Assembly: GCA_910592345.1 (NCBI GenBank)
Contig: CAJVPI010000032.1
Span: forward strand, 55,151 to 75,150
DNA: 20,000 nucleotides
Source: Paraglomus brasilianum
Lineage: Eukaryota
Direction of reading: 5' to 3'
This document shows positions 1-10,740 of the stretch, in pieces (the stretch's first letter is position 1; each line of letters starts with the position of its first letter). A model generated the notes under the pieces. It made no database searches, was not told the origin of the DNA, and saw nothing but the letters and a program-made list of their open reading frames with translations. Both the position numbers and the translations under genes were made by a program.

Positions 1-1199
1 GCACAATCAGAAGGTGGCCATGCCTCGTCAAACAAAGATAGCACTCAGAAATCTCCTACAGAAGAAGACTTGGAGAGAGAAGTCGAAGAACTATTCAATG
101 ATAAATCATTTGAGGATACCTTTCATGCACTATTAAAGGCTTTTGATGACGCCAATATAGACGATTCTGCTAATGCTAGTACTGCAAATGAGAGCCAGAG
201 TGGAGAAACGGGTGGAACAAAAGGAGGGTCGTTTCAGGATCACATAAATCAGACAATGAATATGTTGAAGAACAGCTCTGATCAGCTTGATGTACGTTAA
301 CAAGCAACTGTTCATTTGGATTTGGGTGAGAGTGGAGAGGAGAATGTAACAAGAATGGTATGGGGTATGGTGTCATGCAGTTTTTTATCATTGCAAATTA
401 GCTCAATCATGCTAATTTCATAACCAAGACTGAAATGACAGACAACGAAGACTTGTTATCAGACTTTGTGAAGGCATTGGACAACATTGCTGAAAGCGGT
501 GATTTTACAAATTTGGTCGAGAATATGATGGATAAACTAACGACTAAAGACCTCCTCTACGAACCGATGAAGGAACTCGGTATGAAGGTACTCGTATCAA
601 TTATTTTCGTTTATTTTCACATTTGGCTACCTCCCGATCAACGCATACGTCGTGCGATACCCCTTTTGTTACTATGTTATTTGTTGTTCTATAAACACTT
701 TCTTCTCCTTCCCATATAAACTCGCTCTAAATTCTCCAACTGATTAATCAAGATTTCATCCATGAATCCCATGACACTTTATATGATTGTTATTCTTTTA
801 AGTACCCGCAATGGCTTAAAGATAACAAAGAGAAAGTTTCCAGGGAAGATTACGAGAGATACGAGAAGCAATATGGGTGCGTTCAGAAGATTGTTGCGCA
901 TTTTGAGGCGCCGGAACCGAGGGCAGATGATGAAGAACAGAAGCAGGCCATAGTTGGTCTCATGGAAGAAGTAAGACTGATTACAGAAGCGCTATAACTT
1001 TTGCTGCTTTATTTGTACAATTGGGCTTGCATTAATTGTTATCTCTTGTGCTTTATAGATGCAGAAGCTGGGTCATCCGCCAGAAGACATCCTGTATGAA
1101 TTTGCACCTGATATGAAGTTTGATGAAAATGGTTTCCCTGAGCTCCCACCGGATCTGGTTAATCAGTTTGACTTTATGCAGAATTACAGTTGTAAATAA
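1..1199 (+). CDS. PEX19: Peroxisomal membrane protein chaperone/import receptor Pex19, 5'-partial; exons <1-291, 429-587, 803-970, 1059-1199
   Basis: Spliced translation gives the Pex19 C-domain: SFQDHINQTMNMLKNS...LVENMMDKLTTKDLLYEPMKELGMK|YPQWLKDNKEKVSREDYERYEKQYGCVQKIVAHFE...IVGLMEE|MQKLGHPPEDIL. All three introns are GT-AG and keep frame; TAA at 1197-1199. Confidence 0.93.
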
Positions 1200-1598
1200 A
1201 ATTATAATGAAAATAAGCATAAGCATAATTATTTATCTTTTATTGAGCGATGCTACAAGTATTTAGAAACCTGTGTCTCTAAACTCAAAAATCATTTTTG
1301 TTTGATTAAATCAAGCTGCTTGTCTAATCTTTTGCATTCTGGCCAACGTATCCAAATCACAGCGTTCACCTAGTGCAACAGTTCAATCCAATAAATCGTT
1401 GTGCATCGCGAAGAAAAAGGGTTTCTTCAAAAAAAAAAAAAATAGTTGGAAATGGAAAACTTTACCCAGGTGATACTGTCTATAATAGTAAATGCATAGG
1501 AGTTGTGAACAAGTTCCAATATTATCTTTTTATTTTGATAAGTGGCTTCCATTAATCTACTTTATTTACTGACTAAATTATGTTATGGGATGTACAGA

Positions 1599-2476
1599 TT
1601 ATTGTAAATGTCGAAACGTATAAGTCCAGGCCGCAGCTGCACTCGCACAAACAACGGACGCAACCGACATTGCTCTTATTCCGGCTAAATGGAAATTTAA
1701 ATGAGAATGATTCTATAGCAAACAAAGAGGAACAGCAACAAATTATGGGTCTTACCAGTTGATTTGAATATCGCTCCGACTAAAGCCCCAGCTGCTATGT
1801 TATTCACAGCATCGTGACGACCTCTTATTGTAGTAATCACACCATTAATGCCATTATACCCCATTGCTAAAAAACCAGGAGACAGTGAGTATTAATAGTG
1901 AGCATATTAAACAGCACCGCAGTGCGTAATTCGATGGGGAGAACTTGAGACGTGAATAATATACGAACCTAATATTCCGCATGAATTGCCAATAGAGGGT
2001 CCTCGTCTCGTTACTGAATTTAGTACTGTGTTTATTCGTAATTTGAAATTCGAATTTGGTCCACGGGTACCTTCTACTAAACCCCACAGACCTCCAAAAG
2101 ATAACCCTATGTCCCGTGTCATACCAATAAATACGCAAAAACTTTACCATTTAATTCTTCAATCACGAGATCTCATTGATACTTTCTCTTCCTACTTCAT
2201 TGATTCTACACACATACCGGCCAAATAAGTCGTTCCGGTTCCATAGCATAGATCATCCAGCACTCCTCTACTCGCAATAGGTCCGGCTGTCATGGGCACG
2301 TCATCGACTTGTACGAACTCTATTTCTCCCAACTTCCCAGTTCCCAGTCCAGCTAGCTCCCTTATTTGAGCACTTCCAAAATCAACGTTGCCGAGGATAT
2401 CGGAGACGTTCACTGTGTCTGACTGGGAATAAAAGGATGTGTTGGAGGTTTGATCTGCTGGTGGGAAGGAGGACAT
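1599..2476 (-). CDS. TIM23: Mitochondrial inner membrane translocase subunit Tim23; exons 2476-2218, 2106-1969, 1866-1756, 1684-1599
   Basis: Spliced translation: MSSFPPADQ...SRGVLDDLCYGTGTTYLA|GLSFGGLWGLVEG...KLRINTVLNSVTRRGPSIGNSCGIL|AMGYNGING...RGRHDAVNNIAAGALVGAIFKST|AGIRAMSVASVVCASAAAAWTYTFRHLQ*. These are the typical Tim23 (Tim17/22/23 family) motifs; three GT-AG introns keep frame. Confidence 0.95.
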
Positions 2477-2564
2477 GGCAGGAAGAGGGAGATTTAATAG
2501 TAAGTTTGCAGAAAGAGTTTGATCGTCGAAAAAAATGGCAAATTGATCGGCAAGCAATTTATAC

Positions 2565-2573
2565 GTCACGTGA
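2565..2573. promoter_or_regulatory. Extended E-box GTCACGTGA (Cbf1/USF-type bHLH site) about 90 bp upstream of the TIM23 ATG
   Basis: Motif match only. The same 9-mer in reverse orientation (TCACGTGAC) occurs at 7335-7343. Confidence 0.3.
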
Positions 2574-3236
2574 ATTAAGTATCGAAGTGCACATATGCTA
2601 CGTTGTACATGAAAAATTCTCACGATCTTGAAATTGGATATGAATGCTAAACGACCTTGTAAAGCGTCATTTAGTCTATTTTCCAGTAAATATGTGGTTT
2701 GCTTGCCATTATTTTCTTTCTTTGAAACCGGCGGCGTAAAGCTCTTTCAAAGTCAAGGTGTGGTACTTTTTCTTCGCGTAGTTGCCGACTTTAGTGCTCG
2801 ATAATAATAAGCCTGATTAATAATTTACAGATAGCATGCTGTTCGCATTTTCATTGAGGTTTTTAGATGTCGGTTGATTACTGATTTTAATAGCTTAAAA
2901 CTCACTTATATATAATAAAGCCACCATACAATTTTGTTGTTGTTCTGAAGGCTGTTTGTAAATTTGCCAGGATTACAATCGACGGTATCAAAAAACCATA
3001 CTGACAGTCAGCTTTCTGACAGACCCTAATGTCCGGGGGAATTGTAGATTCTTAAATTTGTGTTTGTCCATAATGACTCTTCATGTTGATCTTCAACTTC
3101 ACGGAGATAATAATAATCACAGATATAACTTAATCACAAAAAGTATACTGATGTAGCTATAAAATATGTGCGATTGTCTGAACGCAGTGATCTCATAAGT
3201 TTCTGACGTGCCACAATGCAAGCGAAGGGAATGAAT

Positions 3237-3261
3237 AAACAAACAAACAAACAAACAAACA
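3237..3261. repeat. (AAAC)n microsatellite
   Basis: About 6 tandem AAAC units. Confidence 0.85.
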
Positions 3262-3897
3262 ATGGTGTAAGATCAGATTATGGGAATTGCATTTCTCGAT
3301 ACAATTGGGCATTTATAAGCATGTTTTATTTTTTCAAAAACCGTCTTGGATATGCGTTCGACAGAATGTGTTTCAGACCAGGCAATAAAAGCACCATGAA
3401 CAACGTTACTTACCGCAATCTGGATTGTTATTATTATTCGCATTTAAGCAAGCTATAATGCTGTGTGTTCACAGAAACAAATGTCGATCGATAAAATATG
3501 AAAATAAGCACAACCAGCAATACAGTATGTCGTGAGTTGTGGTGAAAAAAATAAAGTTTTTGACTGAATTATGCAAATGCCTAATTAATTATTTGGTATT
3601 TCGAAATGTTATTTTACTGCATATTAATAATCCCTCTTTCTCCATAGCAGTTACAATATGTTTCTTCTTTGATGTACTTTTTATATTCTCATATTTCTAT
3701 TGCTTTAAATATCAGATGAGCTCAATCACTCAGGATAATCGGAAACAGCCAAAGCACAGTCCTGTTATCTTTTTTATAAATTAAAACAATAACTAATATA
3801 TGTAATTAATCGAATAAAACTAGTACAAACGAAAGATCTTTTAATAGAATTAAAGTAAGTAAATTCGTAGCAAACTATCAGTATCACCCGATGCTGC

Positions 3898-3918
3898 TAA
3901 TAATAATAATAATAATAA
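3898..3918. repeat. (TAA)n microsatellite
   Basis: About 7 tandem TAA units. Confidence 0.85.
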
Positions 3919-4178
3919 CACCAATCAATTCTCATACTGATTTATAACAATTCGATCATGTACATTCTCCCGGTTCTCTATCTGCTGTATTAAACTTTTT
4001 GCAACGCGCCCCATTTCCTCAATATGGTCAGAAAGGAACCAATGAACAGGGATAGTTCGTGTTACACGGACAGAATAACAAGGTTCTGCTGCCGGAGTTT
4101 CGATCATCATTCACGATAATTTAAAAGAGGTCCGTACACATAGCAAACCGGCAAATCAGTAACTTTTGACACACATTA

Positions 4179-6588
4179 ATGGCGTCAACTATGGAAGACC
4201 ATATAAATACTATCACCACAGCCGAACTATTAGAACACTCTGCAACCAAACGGTCCCAAGACGAAGTAACAGACTATTCTTCGGAACATATAAATACGTT
4301 TACATTGGCTGCTAATGAGAGTATGCTTGCCGGCAAGGTGAGAAGACCGTCGTGAGAAGCAACCATTTGGTTTGCTTCCTGCTTTCAAACGACGTGCCTC
4401 CTCGTTACGCTATGTGTAATTCCTCAACCTTCAAATAGTAGTCAATCGGACTAACGTACATGTTCCAAACAAACAGACGATTGATAGGAGTATCATAACT
4501 GAAGAAGAAAAGGAAGCTAATAAAGAGTTTTTTGTTGGTAAAGCTTCAAGGACACCTGAGAATTACATGTGCATAAGAAACTATATACTTGACACCTGGG
4601 TTAAGCGACAACCAAATTACGTCAGCAAAACAAGCGTTCGTCCTGCTTTGAAGGTATATTTTTTAATGCTACGTAACTGCTTACATATGCTCATATTGGG
4701 TAGACCTATTACACTACATGTGTACCTAAAGTAATAACCATTCAATAGCACTATGGGGACATGAACACAATTGGTCGAGTACATGCTTACCTCGAGAAGA
4801 TCGGAGCCATCAACAAAGATTGTTCAATTGCTACTGCAGTGAGGACAAGAAGTCAGTTAAAAAGAAAGCCTAGTGATTGTGAGGACAGAGAAAAACTGAA
4901 TGACGATGACTTCGAAGAGTATGTATTAACATGCCTCAAGGCGGATTGAAGGCGGGGGTGTCGGAATTTAGTTCGCATGTCTTTCGAATCCAGCATGATA
5001 AGAAAGCGTCGAAGGAGTATAATAGATGAGAGGTAGTTAAGGCTAGGTAGCCTTTTGGTTCACTACGTGCCAGATCAGACGGAAGTTAATAGGTTTTTTT
5101 TAATAGAGATGAGGATATATTTTCAAGAGACTCTCCAATGGCTGACACTGATGGTAAAGATCATATCCGTGCGTCGTATACATGGCATTTGTCACCAATG
5201 CGATTCAATCGAACATTTTTAAAGACAAAACAGGTCGCCGAAAGGGAAAACTTCGACGGAAACGGAGAGCGTCTGAACAAATATCCTTTTCCTTTTTTTT
5301 TTTTTTTAAAAAAAAAAAGAATAATAATACAATGTACTTACTTCTCATTATGTCTCCTCTTACACACGTTCCTTAATTGGTTTCACACACTGATGATGAT
5401 CCTCAAGACCCATTCAGGCTGATTTCACCGAATACTTATGACGCGTTCAATCCTCCACCATTCCAAATTGAAATAGTATCCAATGCCAAGGTATTAGTTT
5501 TGCGCACGATCACAACCGCTACGGAGAAGCAACTAATTTTTGGGCCTTGCTTTGTAATAGCTTGTGATGGATTTTCATGCACACATGACTTATAATGAGA
5601 TAATTGGTCTGCTCGGGGGGAAATATGATGACAAACGACGCGTATTGAAAATTTTTATGGCCTTTCCCTGTCAAGGCACAAGTACTGGTATTGAGGTAGT
5701 TTTCACTGCGATGAAAAGTCGTTGAACGAATTATTCAAATTTACTTATGATATTGACGATTACATGTTAACATAGTGCGAAATGGATCCAGTTTCTGAGA
5801 TGCATGCAAATGAAGCCTTTGCTGCACGTGGATTCGACGTTGTTGGATGGTATCACTCGCATCCTACCTTTGACCCACAGCCGTCATTGCGAGATATAGA
5901 AAATCAAGCTCAGTATCAGGTATGGAAAAAAACAACCAGACTTGATCTTGGAGATATAATGTAGCATGAGGTTAACCCATTGTTTTAATCAACTGTAGGA
6001 ACTATTTCGTCATGAGGATGGCGTGGAACCGTTCATTGGTATAATAATAACGCCATATGACAAACTGAAACCGTCAAATGTTTCTCAATTCCAATTTATT
6101 TTTGTTGGACCGGATCTCGAGCCTCTGGGCTCTCACAGTAAGTTCGTGTTGGCCACATCTAACGGGTAAACCGTTATCTGATCACAGCTTTCTGGTAGGA
6201 TTGCCATATACCTGCGATGCCGACACCATTCGTAATGACACTTTATCGGACGAAGTGTTTGCACAACTCGTTGAGATAGTGAGAGATTTTCAGGATAGCG
6301 CCAAGTGAGTAGTCTTACCAGTTTTATATAGCGCCATTGTTGGGCCTTTTTATGATACTAAGCTATATTATGTCAATTAGTCGAGTGAATATGTGGGATG
6401 TATATCGCGCCAAGGAAAGCACTCTACGACTTGACAAGTTCATAGAATCACTGACGGCACATTTGTTTCTCTCACCTGATGAGCAGCAATGTTATCTTGA
6501 TAGAATCAGGGAGATGGTTGAGATCGAATTCAGTGAGAATGGAGAGAACTCAAGTGGCAGTAACAGGCAGAGTGATGATAGTAATTGA
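4179..6588 (+). CDS. MYSM1: MYSM1-like histone H2A deubiquitinase (SWIRM + MPN+/JAMM); exons approx. 4179-4337, 4477-4653, 4749-4918, [uncertain small exon within 4952-5032], 5107-5153, 5225(or 5234)-5280, 5389-5490, 5561-5695, 5776-5919, 5999-6137, 6199-6304, 6381-6588
   Basis: [45 protein letters not shown]...[36 protein letters not shown]+: DPFRLI...[31 protein letters not shown]...[19 protein letters not shown]...[27 protein letters not shown], with an intact E...HSHx7SxxD motif. Both blocks closely resemble animal MYSM1 as I recall it. The linker exons between 4879 and 5280 are uncertain. Confidence 0.9.
5281..5388 (+). other. U12-type (minor spliceosome) AT-AC intron in the MYSM1-like gene
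   Basis: 5' site ATATCCTTTT at 5281; branch site TTCCTTAAT at 5369-5377; 3' CAC ending at 5388, 12 nt after the branch A. Removal joins [18 protein letters not shown] in frame and deletes the TAA at 5374-5376. An alternative AC at 5390 fits the other upstream frame. Confidence 0.88.
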
Positions 6589-7613
6589 TACATGTGAACG
6601 AGGATAAGTATTATTTGATCACGGATCCTTATTGAATAGATTGTGTATAATATTTAACTAATCAATTAATTGGTTTGAACTGGCTAATGCCTGGACTCAT
6701 CGTTTAATCTTTTTAATGGGATTGTACCTTTTTGACTACAACGATCATTGCCTGTAGACCCCGCAAACCTTGTGTTTTTTGAAAATTAATTATTGAACAG
6801 ACTTTGAACTCATTAGAGTTGCTTGATTCAATTTGCCGCGCTGTTTAGCAGCAGTAGATTCCTTTTCAGAACCTCAATGCCATTACATAACCTCCAAACC
6901 TCCTAAGCGTACTATATCTCCAAAGACTATTGATTTGATGAATTACCATACCTATACAGTTTTAAGACAGTGATAATCTCTGATGTAGCTGCATTATGAC
7001 AGAATATCTTCATGCTATTATTGTATTTCGATAGGTAAAGGGGAAAAAGATGCTTTTACTCTTCTTTTTATCGTCTTCTCAACATGACGCATGTGTAGAA
7101 GCAGTCAGTTCGATTAACTCAGCAGCTGCTGTCATTACGTCATCAAAGAATGACTTTCAAAGAATGCTCCCGCCTAGAAGTTAAAATTATGGTAGCCGGA
7201 GAGGAAAATTAGGTCTATTTTAATTAATAGACGCGAATTATGATAATTTATTGTAAACACGAATTCATGATTAAAGACATTGACCCTCAACCAATAAAGT
7301 GCAAGAATCACGATATTTTCCTATTTTGAAGCCTTCACGTGACAAAGTTGAATCTTCACCTATACATCGAGTTTTCTGATCCCAGTATCGATAGAAACGT
7401 TGCGTACGTAGCAACGAGGCCAGTTGATCCGACACTAATTTATGGGCAGGATCCGATCGTTATTGGAAGTTTATTTTGTTGCGGTGGCTAATAAACAAAG
7501 GAACAACTTCTCTTGTTCTCCTTTGCTCCTCGACAGGACACTCGGACGACATCAGTATTCGGAAATGCACTATCTATATCCACAGATTCAATAATCAGAC
7601 GAAACATATTAAT

Positions 7614-8971
7614 ATGGAAGAATTCAAGCCAATGTCATCAACCTGTCAATGTCTGTGGGTCCTCGGTAGTGGTACAAACATAGGAGATAAATTGGCAAGT
7701 TACATCGAGATGATTCCTGAGGCTCAAAGTTTATTGATAGATAATATGAATGTTAGTGATGTTTTGTTTTGTTTTTTTAATTATGAATTTTTTTTACTTA
7801 TAGCCTTGCATATTGGAATATACTTGATTTGACTGAGAATAACTCTTTTCTTGATGAATGATTGGGAAGAAATGGGTGAAAGTTTTGATAATGAAGTTAA
7901 ATTGATTGAATCAGATTTTCTTAATGTAGAGCATTTTTTGATGAAGTTGAAAAAGTAAGTTAAAAGAAAATATTTGTTTTATTTCAACACTTTAAAAAAT
8001 GTTGCTGACTCAATCACAAAAAAAGATGATAGTAATAATAATAAGGATATCCTCAACATGATTGATAGATTAACCCCAGAAATTATTGGAATGATTGAAA
8101 AGTAGAGCTTAGTGATGAAGAAGAAAAAAGTTATTTCCATTTTGAGATGGGCTGTTGTCACATAGTGAGTGAAGCAAAATATAATTATCAAAAACTTTAT
8201 TTTGTTTTTTTATGGTCAATTCTTATGCATATAGTAATAGTGCTGAAAATCATGCTGAGCTGACTCTACTACAATTTAATAGATTGGACAAGAAGATGCT
8301 GTCATATATATTAGAACTATAGTCTGTTGTAATTAAATGAGCATGCAGATGCAGTAGGCATAAGTTCTGATGTGGAAAGAATTGATCTTCCTGTTTCTGA
8401 GGCTGACTTTGACAATGCATTTCCTAACATGCTTGCTAAAATATTCTTAATATTAAATAGTAAGGAGCTAAAGATGAATGTGTAAGTATAGATAATAATA
8501 AGCAATATTAACAGTCTGATTTCATGTAATCTAATTCCATCTTATTATTACATAATTTTATAGTGGGGAAATTGTCTGTTGGGCATCAGCTTGCTGCCAA
8601 AATGAAGGTCATTCTGTTGGTCTCAGAGCTTGCATTGGACAAAAGTGTGATTTTTGAGGAACTTTGAAAAAGAGTATCAACAAGCTTGAGGCTCTCATAG
8701 GTCTCAGAAGTGATGGACTCCTGGAGCCTCATCAAAAAAATTTTATGAAGACAGTTGATCTGAGTGTGGCAATGTGGGATATCTTATATATGTTTTTTAA
8801 AGAGAATTCTAAAGCACCTAACTCTGACATTCATTCCACATTAACATTTGTCTTTGGAATACACTCATGGGTAATTAAGCATTGTAGTAATGAAATTGCA
8901 TCAACTAACAATTTTTCTTGTTTTTTGCTAAGGATGGGTTCATAATATATATGGGATGGACTGTAAAGTGA
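7614..8971 (+). pseudogene. Spliced pseudogene, probably a PD-(D/E)xK (REase-fold, Crinkler-associated type) nuclease-like protein
   Basis: Exon-like pieces separated by GT-AG introns (e.g. 7752-7803, 8482-8563, 8871-8931): MEEFKPM...LWVLGSGTNIGDKL / LAYWNILDLTE / LPVSEADFDNAFPNML...KMNV|GEIVCWASACCQNEGHSVGLRACIGQKCDF*GTLKKSINKLEALIGLRSDGL. It carries in-frame stops (TGA 8655-8657) and frameshifts. The family call is from motif resemblance only. Confidence 0.55.
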
Positions 8972-9047
8972 CGAATATACTACAGCTTGGTGGTATTTCT
9001 CATTCAAAGATGCCCAACACCCTAAAATACTCGAAAGTTTTTATGTA

Positions 9048-9533
9048 CTGTATTGCTTTGACTAAAATACCCCAGCTATTTTACTATTTTTGTATAATAC
9101 CTGGGGTACTTCATCAGGGAGGTACTTTGATGGGAGGAGGGTATATGTATATTTGTGTAAAGTACCCCTATCAAAAAATTTGTTACATCAGATAACTATG
9201 ACAAGAGTCAACAGCACTATTCGCAGAGCGCGATTCAGTAATAAGGTATGTCGTTCTTGGTGTGTTCGCGAGAAGCAAATATGTGGTAGGCTGATAAGTT
9301 CTTATTACCTTTAACAATTCACACTCTCCTAAAATATTTTCTAGCACATTCAGTATATTACAAATAAATAAAAATGAATAGTTTTATATGAGATTATCCG
9401 TTTATAATATCAGGGTATTTTACGCAATAATGTTGATTTTTTCGAAATAGCACCCGGGTCTTTACAAAATCAGGCCTCAAAATTGCTGAAGGGTACTTTG
9501 CTCGGGGGTGTACTTTAGTCAAAGCAATAACGG
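9048..9533. mobile_element. Non-autonomous DNA transposon (MITE), Tc1-mariner/pogo-like, about 486 bp, imperfect TIRs, TA target duplication
   Basis: Left end TA|CTGTATTGCTTTGACTAAAATACCCC (9048-9073); right end reverse complement TA|CCGTTATTGCTTTGACTAAAGTACACCCC (to 9533, TA at 9534-9535). Internal reiterated GGTACTT/AAGTACC motifs. Confidence 0.8.
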
Positions 9534-10204
9534 TACTTTTCACGGATTTGCAGGTACTATATGCTTATATTTACTACAATTGATAATATTTAGAATCTTA
9601 TTGTACCACACAAATAGTGTTTCGCTTGCACATTCATGTACACACAGAAATCGGAAAAGAAAGAATCCGGAACAAGCTGGTGAGAAAGGAGGATTATTTG
9701 GAAATCTTCACAAACCCCAGCAAATAAAAAGGTAGAAAGTATGAATATCATTAAGCATGAATTATGTAAATTCTTTCTTAGATTAAAAAGTCAATAAAAT
9801 TCAATGAAACATTCCGAGGTTGTAATTAATTTTCGCATCATCATTTGTAATAAACTGAAATTCTTAAAACAAAGACAAGCACCAAATTTTATCACATTAT
9901 ATTACTTCAGAAACTATTTCACCGTATCAGCAGAAACACGTATATCTTATAATCATAAAGCACTTGTTATTCAATGAGTATGAGACCTAATTCTAACTAC
10001 TAGGCATAAAATTTATAACAAACGACTGCAAAACATTAACATTAAAATACCTTTTAATACAATTACCAGTTTAAAAAATCCCGTTTAACTCTTGTTCCTT
10101 TTGTCTAACTTATTTTTCATTAATCAGTAAGTAATACCTGTCAAACCAAGTAACAGTAAAGCAAATAAGAATCTATTATCCGTTTGAGATTTGTAATTCA
10201 TATA

Positions 10205-10402
10205 CAGTCAGACCTCTCTAAATGCAACCTCTCTAAATGCACACACTATATAAACTCTCCATAAATGCACGGTATGGTTCAGTCCCAGCTTATAAGAACA
10301 TTATATATTTTGCTCTCTGTAAATGCACACTCTCTCTAAATGCACACTGTTGGATTTTTTTCACTATGGTCCCGACAACGTGCATTTAGAGAGGTCTGAC
10401 TG
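10205..10402. mobile_element. 198-bp pogo/Tigger-like MITE with perfect 22-bp TIRs and TA target duplication
   Basis: TA|CAGTCAGACCTCTCTAAATGCA (10205-10226) ... TGCATTTAGAGAGGTCTGACTG|TA (10381-10402). There are four further internal copies of CTCT..TAAATGCA and a subterminal GGTCCC. Confidence 0.93.
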
Positions 10403-10695
10403 TATTATTTTTAGGCCAGCTAGTGCCACTGATGAGAATGCTAATTCAATAAAGTTTCCTATCAATTTACTCATAAATTTGTTGACAAATTGTATCCGTT
10501 CATCCTTTCGGTATCTTAAAAACACTACCCGATTGAAAAGAAGCTAATTGATTTCTCAAAAATGATCATCATCACTGTGTTCGATTTATTAGTAGATTTC
10601 ATGTCGATCATTTTGTATTACGCTAAGTCGATTTATTACTTAGAAATTAGTTAATTAGTTATAAAACCGACCTTTCCTCACAGCTGAAAATATTC

Positions 10696-10740
10696 AGCCG
10701 TTTGGTTCAGAGCCGTAAGGTTCAAAACGTTTTGGTTCAA
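10696..10740. repeat. Three degenerate 15-bp tandem repeats
   Basis: AGCCGTTTGGTTCAG / AGCCGTAAGGTTCAA / AACGTTTTGGTTCAA. Confidence 0.65.

Noticed and set aside
2477..2623. N-terminal extension of Tim23 from the ORF track
   Set aside because: Not Tim23-like and overlaps promoter-like sequence; the ATG at 2476 gives a normal-length protein.
3216..4110. Short ORFs of 61-81 aa, or a SANT exon, between TIM23 and MYSM1
   Set aside because: Low-complexity or microsatellite-derived; no Myb/SANT tryptophan pattern found.
7398..7416. Palindrome CGTTGC-GTACGTA-GCAACG as a Helitron end or terminator
   Set aside because: Only a 6-bp stem and no CTRR terminus at the expected distance; likely chance within a CpG-rich stretch.
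8047..8054. Second U12 donor (ATATCCTC)
   Set aside because: Imperfect consensus, lies in exon-like pseudogene sequence, and has no matching branch site.
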